Shown piece after piece: positions 28,477 through 36,411 of a DNA stretch of 53,522 nt; position 1 is the stretch's first letter; every line of letters begins with the position of its first letter. A program made the position numbers and the translations under genes. Source of the stretch: a virus. Lineage: Duplodnaviria > Caudoviricetes. The stretch lies in the IMG/VR virus record IMGVR_UViG_3300030376_000674, positions 1-53,522 of that record; one strand, given 5' to 3'. The notes beneath the pieces are model-generated. The model saw only the letters and a program-made list of their open reading frames with translations. It was not told where the DNA came from and ran no database searches.

Positions 28477-28714
28477 CTTCCACCTTCTTAACTTGAAAGC
28501 CCCAACACCAATGGGTATTGTCCAGGCCAATGATACATTCTCTGTTTCTTACAAAGTTCCAATGTAGACTTGCCACATCGTCTCCGTATTTTGTTCCAGG
28601 CTCAACAACAGTAATGGTCTCTACCTTTGCTTTCTTGTAAGGCTCATGTCCCCATGCTCCAGCCCACATTACTACATCTCCTGGATATAAAAAGTTCTTA
28701 TCATCAAATTTCAT
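28457..28714 (-). CDS. Hypothetical protein
   Basis: 85 aa, GAGG RBS, Trp-rich beta pattern. Confidence 0.7.
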   Translation of the reverse strand: MKFDDKNFLYPGDVVMWAGAWGHEPYKKAKVETITVVEPGTKYGDDVASLHWNFVRNRECIIGLDNTHWCWGFQVKKVEDGTDTK

Positions 28715-28908
28715 CTTACCCTCACTTCGTCATTTGCTCTACAGTCATTTACAAAATCAATACACTCATCCATACATTCTCTAAAATGTCTTGTCCTATA
28801 CTCGCCTGGAGTATCTTCATCTGCCTGACAAACCATCTCACTAAGTAAGCTGACTGCTTTATTTAATTTAGTTTTGTAATCAATTAGTAATTGTTTTTCT
28901 ATACTCAT
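28711..28908 (-). CDS. Hypothetical protein
   Basis: 65 aa, coupled. Confidence 0.7.
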   Translation of the reverse strand: MSIEKQLLIDYKTKLNKAVSLLSEMVCQADEDTPGEYRTRHFRECMDECIDFVNDCRANDEVRVR

Positions 28909-29060
28909 CTGCCTTGTCCTCTATATCTTTTGTAGCTACGTTTCTTATGTTTATTCATTGTAGCCATTGCACATTTGATACGTCTGCCACGGCCTCCACA
29001 ACCCTGCGATGTAGCCTTCTTCACGTGGTCTATTGTAATTATTTGTTTAGCTTTTCTCAT
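28905..29060 (-). CDS. Small basic protein, 51 aa, ending KRYRGQGR (not in ORF track)
   Basis: MRKAKQIITIDHVKKATSQGCGGRGRRIKCAMATMNKHKKRSYKRYRGQGR; ATGA overlaps on both sides. Confidence 0.75.
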   Translation of the reverse strand: MRKAKQIITIDHVKKATSQGCGGRGRRIKCAMATMNKHKKRSYKRYRGQGR

Positions 29061-29359
29061 TCTACTAAATACCTAAAGTGAGCTGGCATCTTCTCTTTCT
29101 CATAGTCGTCTGCCATCTTGTTTAAGTCTGCACCTGACATACTATCTGCTGTCTTGTGAACAAACCATTCAATGACAAGCTGTAAGATAGGGTAGTCCTG
29201 TCCAGCATCCTCATAGCCCTCAACGTATGACATCACATGCTCAAGCAAATCATCTTTCAAGTCATCTCGCATGCCGTCTAGTCCTGGTATATGTCTAAGG
29301 CTTTCTTGCACTAGCTCAAGCCTGTCTTCTAAAAATCTTGTGTGTCCTTCGTGGCTCAT
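29057..29359 (-). CDS. Hypothetical early protein
   Basis: 100 aa, coupled. Confidence 0.7.
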   Translation of the reverse strand: MSHEGHTRFLEDRLELVQESLRHIPGLDGMRDDLKDDLLEHVMSYVEGYEDAGQDYPILQLVIEWFVHKTADSMSGADLNKMADDYEKEKMPAHFRYLVE

Positions 29360-29616
29360 CCGTTACCGTCCTGGTCTTCTGTTATGTCTTCATCGTCCTC
29401 ATTATAGAATCTTAATTCTTCTGGCCATTTAAAATCTACGTCAAGGTAATGTCCGTTGTCAACCTCATGTGTCGTGCCGTCTTTCATTTCTATAACAAGT
29501 GTGCCGTATTTACACCAATGATGTTGTATCTCATCGTAGTCAATATCAAGATGGGATATATCGTGCTGGACTGATTGGGTATAATTAGCTTCTACTGTTT
29601 TTATTTTATTGCTCAT
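29356..29616 (-). CDS. Hypothetical early protein
   Basis: 86 aa acidic, coupled. Confidence 0.7.
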   Translation of the reverse strand: MSNKIKTVEANYTQSVQHDISHLDIDYDEIQHHWCKYGTLVIEMKDGTTHEVDNGHYLDVDFKWPEELRFYNEDDEDITEDQDGNG

Positions 29617-29798
29617 ACCCAGTCCTTATCTATACCAATAACTTTTTTCTCTGTGTAATGGGGACAAGTCATTGCATTGGGGTTCTCTATCTCTTTTGCT
29701 TTCTGTAAAGCTTCAGCCTCCGTAGAGGCCTCCACTTCACAATTATAGCTATCTATGACATCGATAGTTACCATATAGGTTTTAGTTTTATTTGCCAC
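29613..29798 (-). CDS. Hypothetical early protein
   Basis: GTG start with AGGAGG RBS; VEA.TE.EA..KA motif. Confidence 0.7.
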   Translation of the reverse strand: MANKTKTYMVTIDVIDSYNCEVEASTEAEALQKAKEIENPNAMTCPHYTEKKVIGIDKDWV

Positions 29799-29967
29799 TC
29801 TGACCTCCTGCCTTTGTTAAGACTGCATAGTCTTTTTTGCTGGCCTTACCGTCCAACAATCTATCTAGTGCATTGAGTTCTTGAAGTGAGAATGATTTGA
29901 TTTTATCTACGTTGACTGTCTGATGAAAGTCTGGAAACGTAATTTGTTTTTTAAATTTATAGTCCAT
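29788..29967 (-). CDS. Hypothetical early protein, 59 aa (not in ORF track)
   Basis: MDYKFKKQITFPDFHQTVNVDKIKSFSLQELNALDRLLDGKASKKDYAVLTKAGGQSGK; leader GGAGAATAAAT-ATG. Confidence 0.75.
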   Translation of the reverse strand: MDYKFKKQITFPDFHQTVNVDKIKSFSLQELNALDRLLDGKASKKDYAVLTKAGGQSGK

Positions 29968-29997
29968 ATTTATTCTCCGTTTATATAGTCTTTATAG

Positions 29998-30027
29998 AAT
30001 ATAGAACATAAAGTTTTATAATGTCAA
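29998..30027 (-). promoter_or_regulatory. Sigma70-type promoter
   Basis: TTGACA-18-TATATT with AT-rich upstream DNA. Confidence 0.7.
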
Positions 30028-30131
30028 GTAGTTTTTATAAAATAATTATAAAGAAATATAAAAAAATATATTTATTCTATTAAATATTTATGATACTATA
30101 CAGTCTATATAAATTATATAGGAGCAAATAT

Positions 30132-30230
30132 ATGGAAGCAGATATTTTAATTGCTGGAATTGGAATGAGCATATTGACATTATGTTTTATTGGAATATTA
30201 GTAATTGAATCAGGACTTTTTGACAGATAA
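30132..30230 (+). CDS. 32-aa hydrophobic single-TM peptide (not in ORF track)
   Basis: MEADILIAGIGMSILTLCFIGILVIESGLFDR; GGAGCAAATAT leader; possible extended -10 TGATACTAT at 30091-99. Confidence 0.6.
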   Translation: MEADILIAGIGMSILTLCFIGILVIESGLFDR

Positions 30231-30281
30231 GAACTGACCCTGGACAGTATTTAACTATTTCACATCTGATATTCCAGGCAC

Positions 30282-30305
30282 AAAAAAGCCCCAATTAAGG
30301 GGCTT
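30282..30305 (-). terminator. Intrinsic terminator
   Basis: AAGCCCC-ttaatt-GGGGCTT plus T tract on the minus strand. Confidence 0.8.
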
Positions 30306-30325
30306 CAAGTGGTAGTGGTTACTTA

Positions 30326-30871
30326 CTAACTATTATAATATTCTTTTATCTCCTCCTTAGTTGCCTCACGTTCCCAGGCATACTCTCCTATTTTAAATAT
30401 CTTTGATACCTGGTCAATGTCCAGGCCGTGGTCTGAAGTCTGCTCCAGGTAATGTATCAGGCCGTCAGGGTCAAGATATTGTCCTTCATCCCAGCCTTTG
30501 CCCCATCTCCCATATTCAGGCTCGCTTACGGCCTTAAAAAGATTATCTTTAAAATCTTTTCTTGATTGAAAAGGGCAGATATTACTAGCTACAATATCGT
30601 CCATGTTACCAGTATATTTATCGTAGCTTATAGCAAATGAGAACATCTCCTCAATTAATTCAGCTACGTATTCTGATATTGTGTAATGCATCATATTAAA
30701 TGAAGCAACATTACCTTCTTTTATATCATGCTCAGTAAGATAATTATGCTCTTCTTCGCAATCAATCCAGTATCTACACTCATATAGTCCGATAGTGATA
30801 CCGTATACTTTCATAATAATATTCCGTTCTTCAGCAGAATATTTACCTAAATACAAATCGTCATTTTTCAT
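30326..30871 (-). CDS. Hypothetical acidic early protein
   Basis: Start moved from 30886 to ATG 30871 behind GGAGAATAGATAT. Confidence 0.75.
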   Translation of the reverse strand: MKNDDLYLGKYSAEERNIIMKVYGITIGLYECRYWIDCEEEHNYLTEHDIKEGNVASFNMMHYTISEYVAELIEEMFSFAISYDKYTGNMDDIVASNICPFQSRKDFKDNLFKAVSEPEYGRWGKGWDEGQYLDPDGLIHYLEQTSDHGLDIDQVSKIFKIGEYAWEREATKEEIKEYYNS

Positions 30872-30902
30872 ATATCTATTCTCCAATAGTTAATATACTT
30901 TT

Positions 30903-30932
30903 AGTTTAATATGAAAGTAAAAGAAAAGTCAA
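30903..30932 (-). promoter_or_regulatory. Sigma70-type promoter
   Basis: TTGACT-18-TAAACT directly after a terminator T tract. Confidence 0.6.
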
Positions 30933-30934
30933 GC

Positions 30935-30961
30935 AAAAAAAAGCCCCAAATTAATGGGGCT
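30935..30961 (-). terminator. Intrinsic terminator
   Basis: AGCCCCA-ttaatt-TGGGGCT plus T tract. Confidence 0.8.
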
Positions 30962-30980
30962 ATTTATAAGGCTCTTAGCT

Positions 30981-31235
30981 CTAGTCAGGGAACTTCTGAT
31001 TCAGTTGCCAGAGATTCATTACCTTTGCTACGTCATCGTGATTCAGTCCTAGGCTACGTCTCATAAATGTAAACGTTCTAGGGTCATCCTCTGGGACATC
31101 CTCCAGGTATTCATAGCATTGACCACCGTTGCTAAGTTCCTCAGTCTCTAATGTAGCCCAGGCTATCTGCTTAGAGCTTGTTATATTCTCATCATCCAGG
31201 TATTCCCTGGCTGTGTTATATCGTATCATTGTCAT
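30981..31235 (-). CDS. Hypothetical early protein
   Basis: 84 aa; leader GGAGAAAATAT-ATG; weak promoter TTGACT-17-TATTTT at 31268-96. Confidence 0.75.
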   Translation of the reverse strand: MTMIRYNTAREYLDDENITSSKQIAWATLETEELSNGGQCYEYLEDVPEDDPRTFTFMRRSLGLNHDDVAKVMNLWQLNQKFPD

Positions 31236-31480
31236 ATATTTTCTCCTTTAGTTAATATATAACTATAAAAATAAACAAATTTAAAAACCCAGTCAAGCCA
31301 TTTTAAAAAAATATATACTTTTTTTCATTTAGGGGTTGACTTTTACAGAATCCATTTTTACACCTTAAGCAATACCTAAGCCTTACTTTTAACTAAAATG
31401 CAATAGAGAAGCTCTCAGGCCGTCCGATAATTTAGAGTTATAATAGATTATAAGCCGTATTTATATTATAAAAAAGAGAT

Positions 31481-31507
31481 AAAAAAAACCCCAGCATTTG
31501 CCAGGGT
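31481..31507 (-). terminator. Intrinsic terminator
   Basis: ACCCTGGCA-aa-TGCTGGGGT plus T tract. Confidence 0.75.
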
Positions 31508-31530
31508 CTTTTAAAGGGGATTATTTTTTA

Positions 31531-31860
31531 TTAATAGCCGTAGCCTGCGTAATGATTATCAGGGTTAAGCTGTTGAAATTTTATTTTACCGTCTTTGATT
31601 CTCTTTTTAGTTTCTGCTGTATCTAAGCCAGTAAAATTATTTCTATGTCTGCTGGTTGTCCTGGAGTAGTTCCAGTAATCAGCATCAAACACCAGGCCGT
31701 TTTCTGTGTAGCCTGCTACGATTGTCCCATAACTTTGGAAAAAAGTTCCTTCAGCCGTAGTAATTACAAATTGATTAGCTACTTTATTTCCGTTGCTATT
31801 GGTCAAGCTCTTAACCTTTAGACCCTCTGAGCAAATAGGGTTTTTACTTTCATTTTTCAT
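31531..31860 (-). CDS. Conserved-type phage early protein
   Basis: NQF.I.....FFQSY...V......WNYSRTTSRHRN.F pattern; leader GGAGAATATAT-ATG. Confidence 0.8.
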   Translation of the reverse strand: MKNESKNPICSEGLKVKSLTNSNGNKVANQFVITTAEGTFFQSYGTIVAGYTENGLVFDADYWNYSRTTSRHRNNFTGLDTAETKKRIKDGKIKFQQLNPDNHYAGYGY

Positions 31861-31893
31861 ATATATTCTCCTTTTAGTTTATATGATGGTAAA

Positions 31894-31923
31894 AGTATAA
31901 CATTAAAATTATTTTACTTGCAA
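31894..31923 (-). promoter_or_regulatory. Sigma70-type promoter
   Basis: TTGCAA-18-TATACT with TGn extension. Confidence 0.7.
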
Positions 31924-31925
31924 AT

Positions 31926-31955
31926 AAAAAAAAGCCCCAGCGATTGCCAGGGCTT
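31926..31955 (-). terminator. Intrinsic terminator
   Basis: AAGCCCTGGC-aatc-GCTGGGGCTT plus T tract. Confidence 0.75.
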
Positions 31956-31972
31956 CAGGGGAGCTTTTAAAT

Positions 31973-32407
31973 TTATGCTATTGCCTCCTTTTCTTCTTTC
32001 CATTTCTGGTATTCTTTAACATCTTCTTTGATGCCTGCTACTTCATAATGGATAGCCCACCAGGTAACCCTGTTAGACTTTCCTAGATATTCTGATAGTT
32101 TTCTACTGTGATAATTGTCAAGCCTAGAATACAAAAGACTAGCACCGTGCCAGTATTTTTTCTGCCCTTCTTCATCAGTAAATTTAAATTCTTGCCAGTC
32201 AGGTAATAAAGCTCTGACTCCATTAGCATTAGTTAGATGAAATAATATAAAATAGAATTTGTCCAGGCCTTCATCTGATTCTAATTGATTGCTTACTAAA
32301 TCTGCCAAATCAATTTGCCCTTCTTCCTCCTCCTCTTTTGTTATCTCATCTTTTAAATACAAGTCCCATAATTTTTTATTATGTTTCTTAGCTTCTTTAA
32401 AATTCAT
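31973..32407 (-). CDS. Hypothetical early protein, first gene of the minus arm
   Basis: 144 aa; leader GGAGAATAAAT-ATG; promoter-like TTGCAA-16-TATATT at 32441-68. Confidence 0.75.
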   Translation of the reverse strand: MNFKEAKKHNKKLWDLYLKDEITKEEEEEGQIDLADLVSNQLESDEGLDKFYFILFHLTNANGVRALLPDWQEFKFTDEEGQKKYWHGASLLYSRLDNYHSRKLSEYLGKSNRVTWWAIHYEVAGIKEDVKEYQKWKEEKEAIA

Positions 32408-32692
32408 ATTTATTCTCCTTAGTAGTTATGAATAATTATTAATATACACATATTTTTTTTAATTGCAACTAAAAGAGAAAAGCCCAACTTAACACCAGCC
32501 CCCAGCCCATTAATATTTATATGCTGTTAAGCTCTGCCAGGTTGCCAGGAAATAACCCAGTAACCCTATGAAGCCTGGGAAGTTTTAGAAGTTCTCCTGG
32601 GGCTTCTCTGGTTCACGTCTTGGGTCTTTATAAGTTGTTATTACTTGTTAACTTGTCAAAGCTTGCCAGGTTCTTTTATTTCTCCTGGTGGT

Positions 32693-32728
32693 TCTTCAAA
32701 GTCTTCAAAGTCTCCAGAGTCTATAAAG
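32693..32728. repeat. Four tandem degenerate 9-mers
   Basis: TCTTCAAAG TCTTCAAAG TCTCCAGAG TCTATAAAG. Confidence 0.7.
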
Positions 32729-32813
32729 GGTGGGCAGGTGGCCAGGGGGCATACCAGGTATATATGCACATGCTCAAATATTTTTAGGAACTTTTCGGTG
32801 TTAAGCAGGGCTA

Positions 32814-32891
32814 AAAAATCGCCCCCAACCGAGTATGAGGTGTTGTTGGTCGAGGGAGGCTGTATAGACTATATAGACCCCCCACGGACAC
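32814..32891 (-). ncRNA. Candidate small RNA, about 80 nt
   Basis: Lies below a consensus promoter, has no RBS-led ORF, ends in stem CCTCGACC/GGTTGGGG followed by T6. Confidence 0.4.
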
Positions 32892-32897
32892 ATCCTC

Positions 32898-32926
32898 ATT
32901 ATACAGTTGAGATAGTGTTTTGTCAA
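32898..32926 (-). promoter_or_regulatory. Consensus sigma70 promoter, leftward
   Basis: TTGACA-17-TATAAT, exact. Confidence 0.85.
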
Positions 32927-32944
32927 TAGATTTTGGCGAAAAAC

Positions 32945-32972
32945 TTGACAAGTTTGATAGTAGCTTTATAAT
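32945..32972 (+). promoter_or_regulatory. Consensus sigma70 promoter, rightward
   Basis: TTGACA-16-TATAAT; ATG 7 nt downstream. Confidence 0.75.
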
Positions 32973-32979
32973 AATAGAC

Positions 32980-33396
32980 ATGAGTGCTTTAACAACCAGA
33001 AAGCTTACAGAGAAGCAAGAGAAGTTCTTGCAACATTTAGTAGATACTAAGGGTAACTTAAAGCTCTCAGCCGAACTCGCAGGTTACTCAGGCAATCACT
33101 ACCAAGTTATAAACAGTCTTAAAGAGGAAATAATTGATTTGGCCTCGAATGTACTTGCAAGGGAAGCACCTTCAGCAGCTTTCAAGCTTGTAGAGATTAT
33201 GCATAGTGACGAGGCCGTGCCTCAAGCTAACGTAAAACTACAGGCAGCACAAACTTTATTAGATAGAGTTGGTGTTATAAAGAAAGAAAAACTTGACATT
33301 AATCACAATGTCACAGGAGGGATTTTTATTCTTCCACAAAAAGACACCATTGATTTATCAGCCGAGGATGGAGAGTATACAGAAGTCGATGGATGA
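32980..33396 (+). CDS. terS: Terminase small subunit-like protein
   Basis: LTEKQEKFL....G....SAELAGYS HTH motif, AAQTLLDRVG; start moved from TTG 32920 to ATG 32980. Confidence 0.7.
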   Translation: MSALTTRKLTEKQEKFLQHLVDTKGNLKLSAELAGYSGNHYQVINSLKEEIIDLASNVLAREAPSAAFKLVEIMHSDEAVPQANVKLQAAQTLLDRVGVIKKEKLDINHNVTGGIFILPQKDTIDLSAEDGEYTEVDG

Positions 33397-33565
33397 AAGA
33401 GTTTATGCAACTGAGTTCTTAGATGATGACTCTAGAATTGTTCTAGGGCCATTTATAAAAACCAGTACATATAAAGAAGCACAAAACTTAGCAGAACACT
33501 ACGGTCTTATTATCGTAGGAGAAGTAACAGACTTTGTGCCAAAGAAAGAGGTAACACTACACTAA
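33389..33565 (+). CDS. Hypothetical protein
   Basis: Likely start MDERVY..., overlapping the terS stop. Confidence 0.6.
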   Translation: MDERVYATEFLDDDSRIVLGPFIKTSTYKEAQNLAEHYGLIIVGEVTDFVPKKEVTLH

Positions 33566-33753
33566 TGCCAGCAAAGAAAAAAGCCAAGTCAAGAGTCAAC
33601 GAAGCAGGTAACTACACTAAACCAACCCTAAGAAAACGGATTTTTAACCGTATTAAGGCTGGTGGTAAGGGTGGAAAGCCAGGACAATGGTCAGCTCGTA
33701 AGGCTCAAATGTTAGCCAAAGCCTACAAGAAAGCAGGTGGAGGTTATAAATGA
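33565..33753 (+). CDS. Small basic protein
   Basis: NYTKP.LR, GGKPGQWSARKAQ, YKKAGGGY; GAGG RBS. Confidence 0.8.
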   Translation: MPAKKKAKSRVNEAGNYTKPTLRKRIFNRIKAGGKGGKPGQWSARKAQMLAKAYKKAGGGYK

Positions 33754-33989
33754 CGTTGAAGAAGTCTCAACTATCTCTAAAGAAGTGGGGCAGACAAAAG
33801 TGGCGAACTTCAGATGGTAAACCAAGCAAAGGTAAGAAAAGATATTTACCTGATGCAGCTTGGAATGCTTTGAGTCCTGCTGAAAAGAGGGCAACTAACA
33901 GAGCTAAAGCAGCAGGTAACAGAAAAGGTAAGCAATTTGTAAAACAACCTAAGAAAATTGCTAAAAAAACTAGAGCATACAGGAAATAA
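33750..33989 (+). CDS. Small basic protein
   Basis: SLKKW..QKWRT, RYLP..AW, KGKQFVKQP. Confidence 0.8.
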   Translation: MTLKKSQLSLKKWGRQKWRTSDGKPSKGKKRYLPDAAWNALSPAEKRATNRAKAAGNRKGKQFVKQPKKIAKKTRAYRK

Positions 33990-34255
33990 TGGCTAAGAAA
34001 AAAGACCCTAGGTTAGCTAGAGCAGGTGTATCAGGTTATAACAAACCAAAAAGAACACCAGGACATAAAACAAAATCACATGTTGTTGTTGCAAAAGAAG
34101 GCGATAAGGTTAAAACTATACGTTTTGGACAACAAGGCAAAACAGGTGATAGAACTATGACAAAAAGAGCTAAGTCATTCAAAGCTAGACATGCTAAAAA
34201 CATTAAGAAAGGTAAAATGTCAGCAGCATATTGGGCTAATAGGGTAAAATGGTAA
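33989..34255 (+). CDS. Small basic protein
   Basis: YNKPKRTP.H..KSHVV, IRFGQQG, SFKARH, SAAYWA..VKW. Confidence 0.8.
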   Translation: MAKKKDPRLARAGVSGYNKPKRTPGHKTKSHVVVAKEGDKVKTIRFGQQGKTGDRTMTKRAKSFKARHAKNIKKGKMSAAYWANRVKW

Positions 34256-34256
34256 G

Positions 34257-34436
34257 ATGCCACAGATTGGTAGCGATGATAAACACAATTCCGTTCCATT
34301 AAGACGGAGTATGTATAGAAATGCAGCAGGTAAAGGTGCAAAGCCTAGACCTAGAGCAGTTTCTAAACAAGCATACGAAGATAATTGGGACAGAATATTT
34401 GGTAAAAATAAGAATCAAACCAAGGAGCAGTCCTGA
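34257..34436 (+). CDS. Small basic protein, 59 aa (not in ORF track)
   Basis: MPQIGSDDK...GKGAKPRPR....YEDNWDRIFGK. Confidence 0.65.
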   Translation: MPQIGSDDKHNSVPLRRSMYRNAAGKGAKPRPRAVSKQAYEDNWDRIFGKNKNQTKEQS

Positions 34437-34449
34437 GTTATGCTTAAGA

Positions 34450-34512
34450 CCTTTTTAGAATCTAAAAATCACTATTTCATCTAGGTAGTGTCTTCTAAAA
34501 AGGCAGCTTTTT
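34450..34512 (+). promoter_or_regulatory. Stem-loop immediately upstream of terL
   Basis: Perfect 11-bp stem CCTTTTTAGAA/TTCTAAAAAGG with inner CACTA/TAGTG, followed by T5. Confidence 0.55.
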
Positions 34513-34515
34513 ATT

Positions 34516-36411
34516 ATGTCTAGTATTCCTCCTAACTATATCAAGAAAAAATCAGCAACCATTCCATTTGGTTACGAGATTAGTGAGGTCAAAGGCTATC
34601 TCAAGCCTATCCCAGAGCAATTAGAAGCTCTCAACAAATATCTCAAGAGTATTTACAACAAAGCCTACTCATTACGTGAGGCAGCTACACTATTGTCTGA
34701 AGAAACAGGCAGAAAGATTAGTCATGTAGCATTAAAGAAACATTTAGAAAAAGATTTGTGGGAAATATTCCCAGAAGACTACGAAACTAACGAAGATGGT
34801 TCGTTTGTTCTAACCGATTCAGGTAATCCAAAGAAAAAAACAGGAAGACCCAAGGGAGTTACGTCTCAATACAACTATTCAGCCGAACAAAAAAGAAAAA
34901 TAAAACTACGACAGAAGAAAGCAAAGATACAAAAGGAGAAAAAGAAACTTGCCAAACAGGAAGAGAGACTTAAGACGGAAGAAGAAGTTATCACAAAGGT
35001 TACGGAGGACACGTCATCTAAATTGGTCACAGAAGACCAGCTTGAAGAAACCACAGACACAATCAGAGACACAATAAAAGATAGTAAAGTTATCTTCCAT
35101 GCTAATGAAGGGCCACAAACAGATTTTTTAGCAGCAGGTGAGAAAGATGTTCTGTATGGTGGAGCAGCAGGAGGTGGTAAATCCTATGCTATGCTTGTTG
35201 ACCCACTAAGATATGCACATAAAAAAGCACATAGAGCTTTAATACTTAGAAGGTCTATGCCAGAACTTAGAGAACTAATAGATAAGTCCAGGGAGTTATA
35301 TCCCCAGGCTTTCCCTGGTGCAAAGTTTAGAGAAGTAGAGAAGTTGTGGAACTTCCCAAGTGGTGCTAAGATAGAATTTGGTTTCTTAGAACGAGATGCT
35401 GATGTCTACCGATACCAAGGTCAAGCTTATTCTTGGATTGGCTTTGATGAAATCACACATCTCCCAACAGAGTTTAGTTGGAACTACCTTGCATCTCGTT
35501 TGAGAACCACAGACCCTGAAATAGAAACATATCTAAGATGTACTGCTAACCCTGGTGGTGTTGGTTCACAATGGGTAAAGAGAAGATACATAGAACCTCA
35601 CGAATCTAACAAAAGTTTTGAAGGTAAAGACGGACTAACAAGAAAGTTTATTCCTGCTAAGTTAGCTGATAACCCTTACTTAGCTAGGGACGGTGTATAT
35701 GAAAAGATGTTGGAATCTTTACCACCTATACAAAGACGACAATTACTAGAAGGAAACTGGGATGTAGCAGAAGGTGCAGCCTTTGTTGAGTTCCAACCTG
35801 AAGTACATATTGTAGCTCCATTTGAGATACCATTACCCTGGGAACGACTAAAAGGGATTGACTATGGTTATGCATCCGAATCCTGCTGCCTGTGGGGAGC
35901 TGTGGACGTAAATGACGGAACATTGATAATATACCGTGAATTATACAGAAAAGGCTTGACAGGTGTCGAATTAGCCTCTATAATAACAGATATGGAAATG
36001 GAAGACCCATTTTCTGTATCAGGTGTATTAGATACTGCTGCATGGGCGAAAACTGGTACAACAGGCCCAACTGTAGGTGAATCTCTAGTTCGAGCTGGTC
36101 ATAAGCTTAGGCGAGCAGATAAGAACAGAGTACAGGGGAAAATTCAAGTACACGAATATCTTAAGGTCAGGGAGAGTGGAAGACCTAAGTTACAGATATT
36201 TAACACATGTCCTAACTTAATTAGAGAATTACAATCCATACCACTATCCAAAACAAATCCAGAAGATGTTGATACTCATGCATCAGACCATGCATACGAT
36301 GCATTAAGGTATATGATAATGAGCCGACCAAGAATGCAAAGCTCATTAGACAGAATAAAGGGGATTAAAAGGGACTTATACCAACCTTTTGACTCTACTT
36401 TTGGTTATTAA
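34516..36411 (+). CDS. terL: Terminase large subunit with N-terminal DNA-binding extension
   Basis: YGGAAGGGKS Walker A, IGFDE Walker B, TANPGG, nuclease GIDYG and DHAYDALRY. Confidence 0.93.
   Translation: MSSIPPNYIKKKSATIPFGYEISEVKGYLKPIPEQLEALNKYLKSIYNKAYSLREAATLLSEETGRKISHVALKKHLEKDLWEIFPEDYETNEDGSFVLTDSGNPKKKTGRPKGVTSQYNYSAEQKRKIKLRQKKAKIQKEKKKLAKQEERLKTEEEVITKVTEDTSSKLVTEDQLEETTDTIRDTIKDSKVIFHANEGPQTDFLAAGEKDVLYGGAAGGGKSYAMLVDPLRYAHKKAHRALILRRSMPELRELIDKSRELYPQAFPGAKFREVEKLWNFPSGAKIEFGFLERDADVYRYQGQAYSWIGFDEITHLPTEFSWNYLASRLRTTDPEIETYLRCTANPGGVGSQWVKRRYIEPHESNKSFEGKDGLTRKFIPAKLADNPYLARDGVYEKMLESLPPIQRRQLLEGNWDVAEGAAFVEFQPEVHIVAPFEIPLPWERLKGIDYGYASESCCLWGAVDVNDGTLIIYRELYRKGLTGVELASIITDMEMEDPFSVSGVLDTAAWAKTGTTGPTVGESLVRAGHKLRRADKNRVQGKIQVHEYLKVRESGRPKLQIFNTCPNLIRELQSIPLSKTNPEDVDTHASDHAYDALRYMIMSRPRMQSSLDRIKGIKRDLYQPFDSTFGY

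Noticed and set aside
32645-32929. 94-aa plus-strand ORF
   Set aside because: TTG start with no RBS; runs across tandem repeats and promoters
34516-34800. Integrase or serine recombinase
   Set aside because: Only a DNA-binding-like segment fused to TerL; no catalytic domain or att site seen
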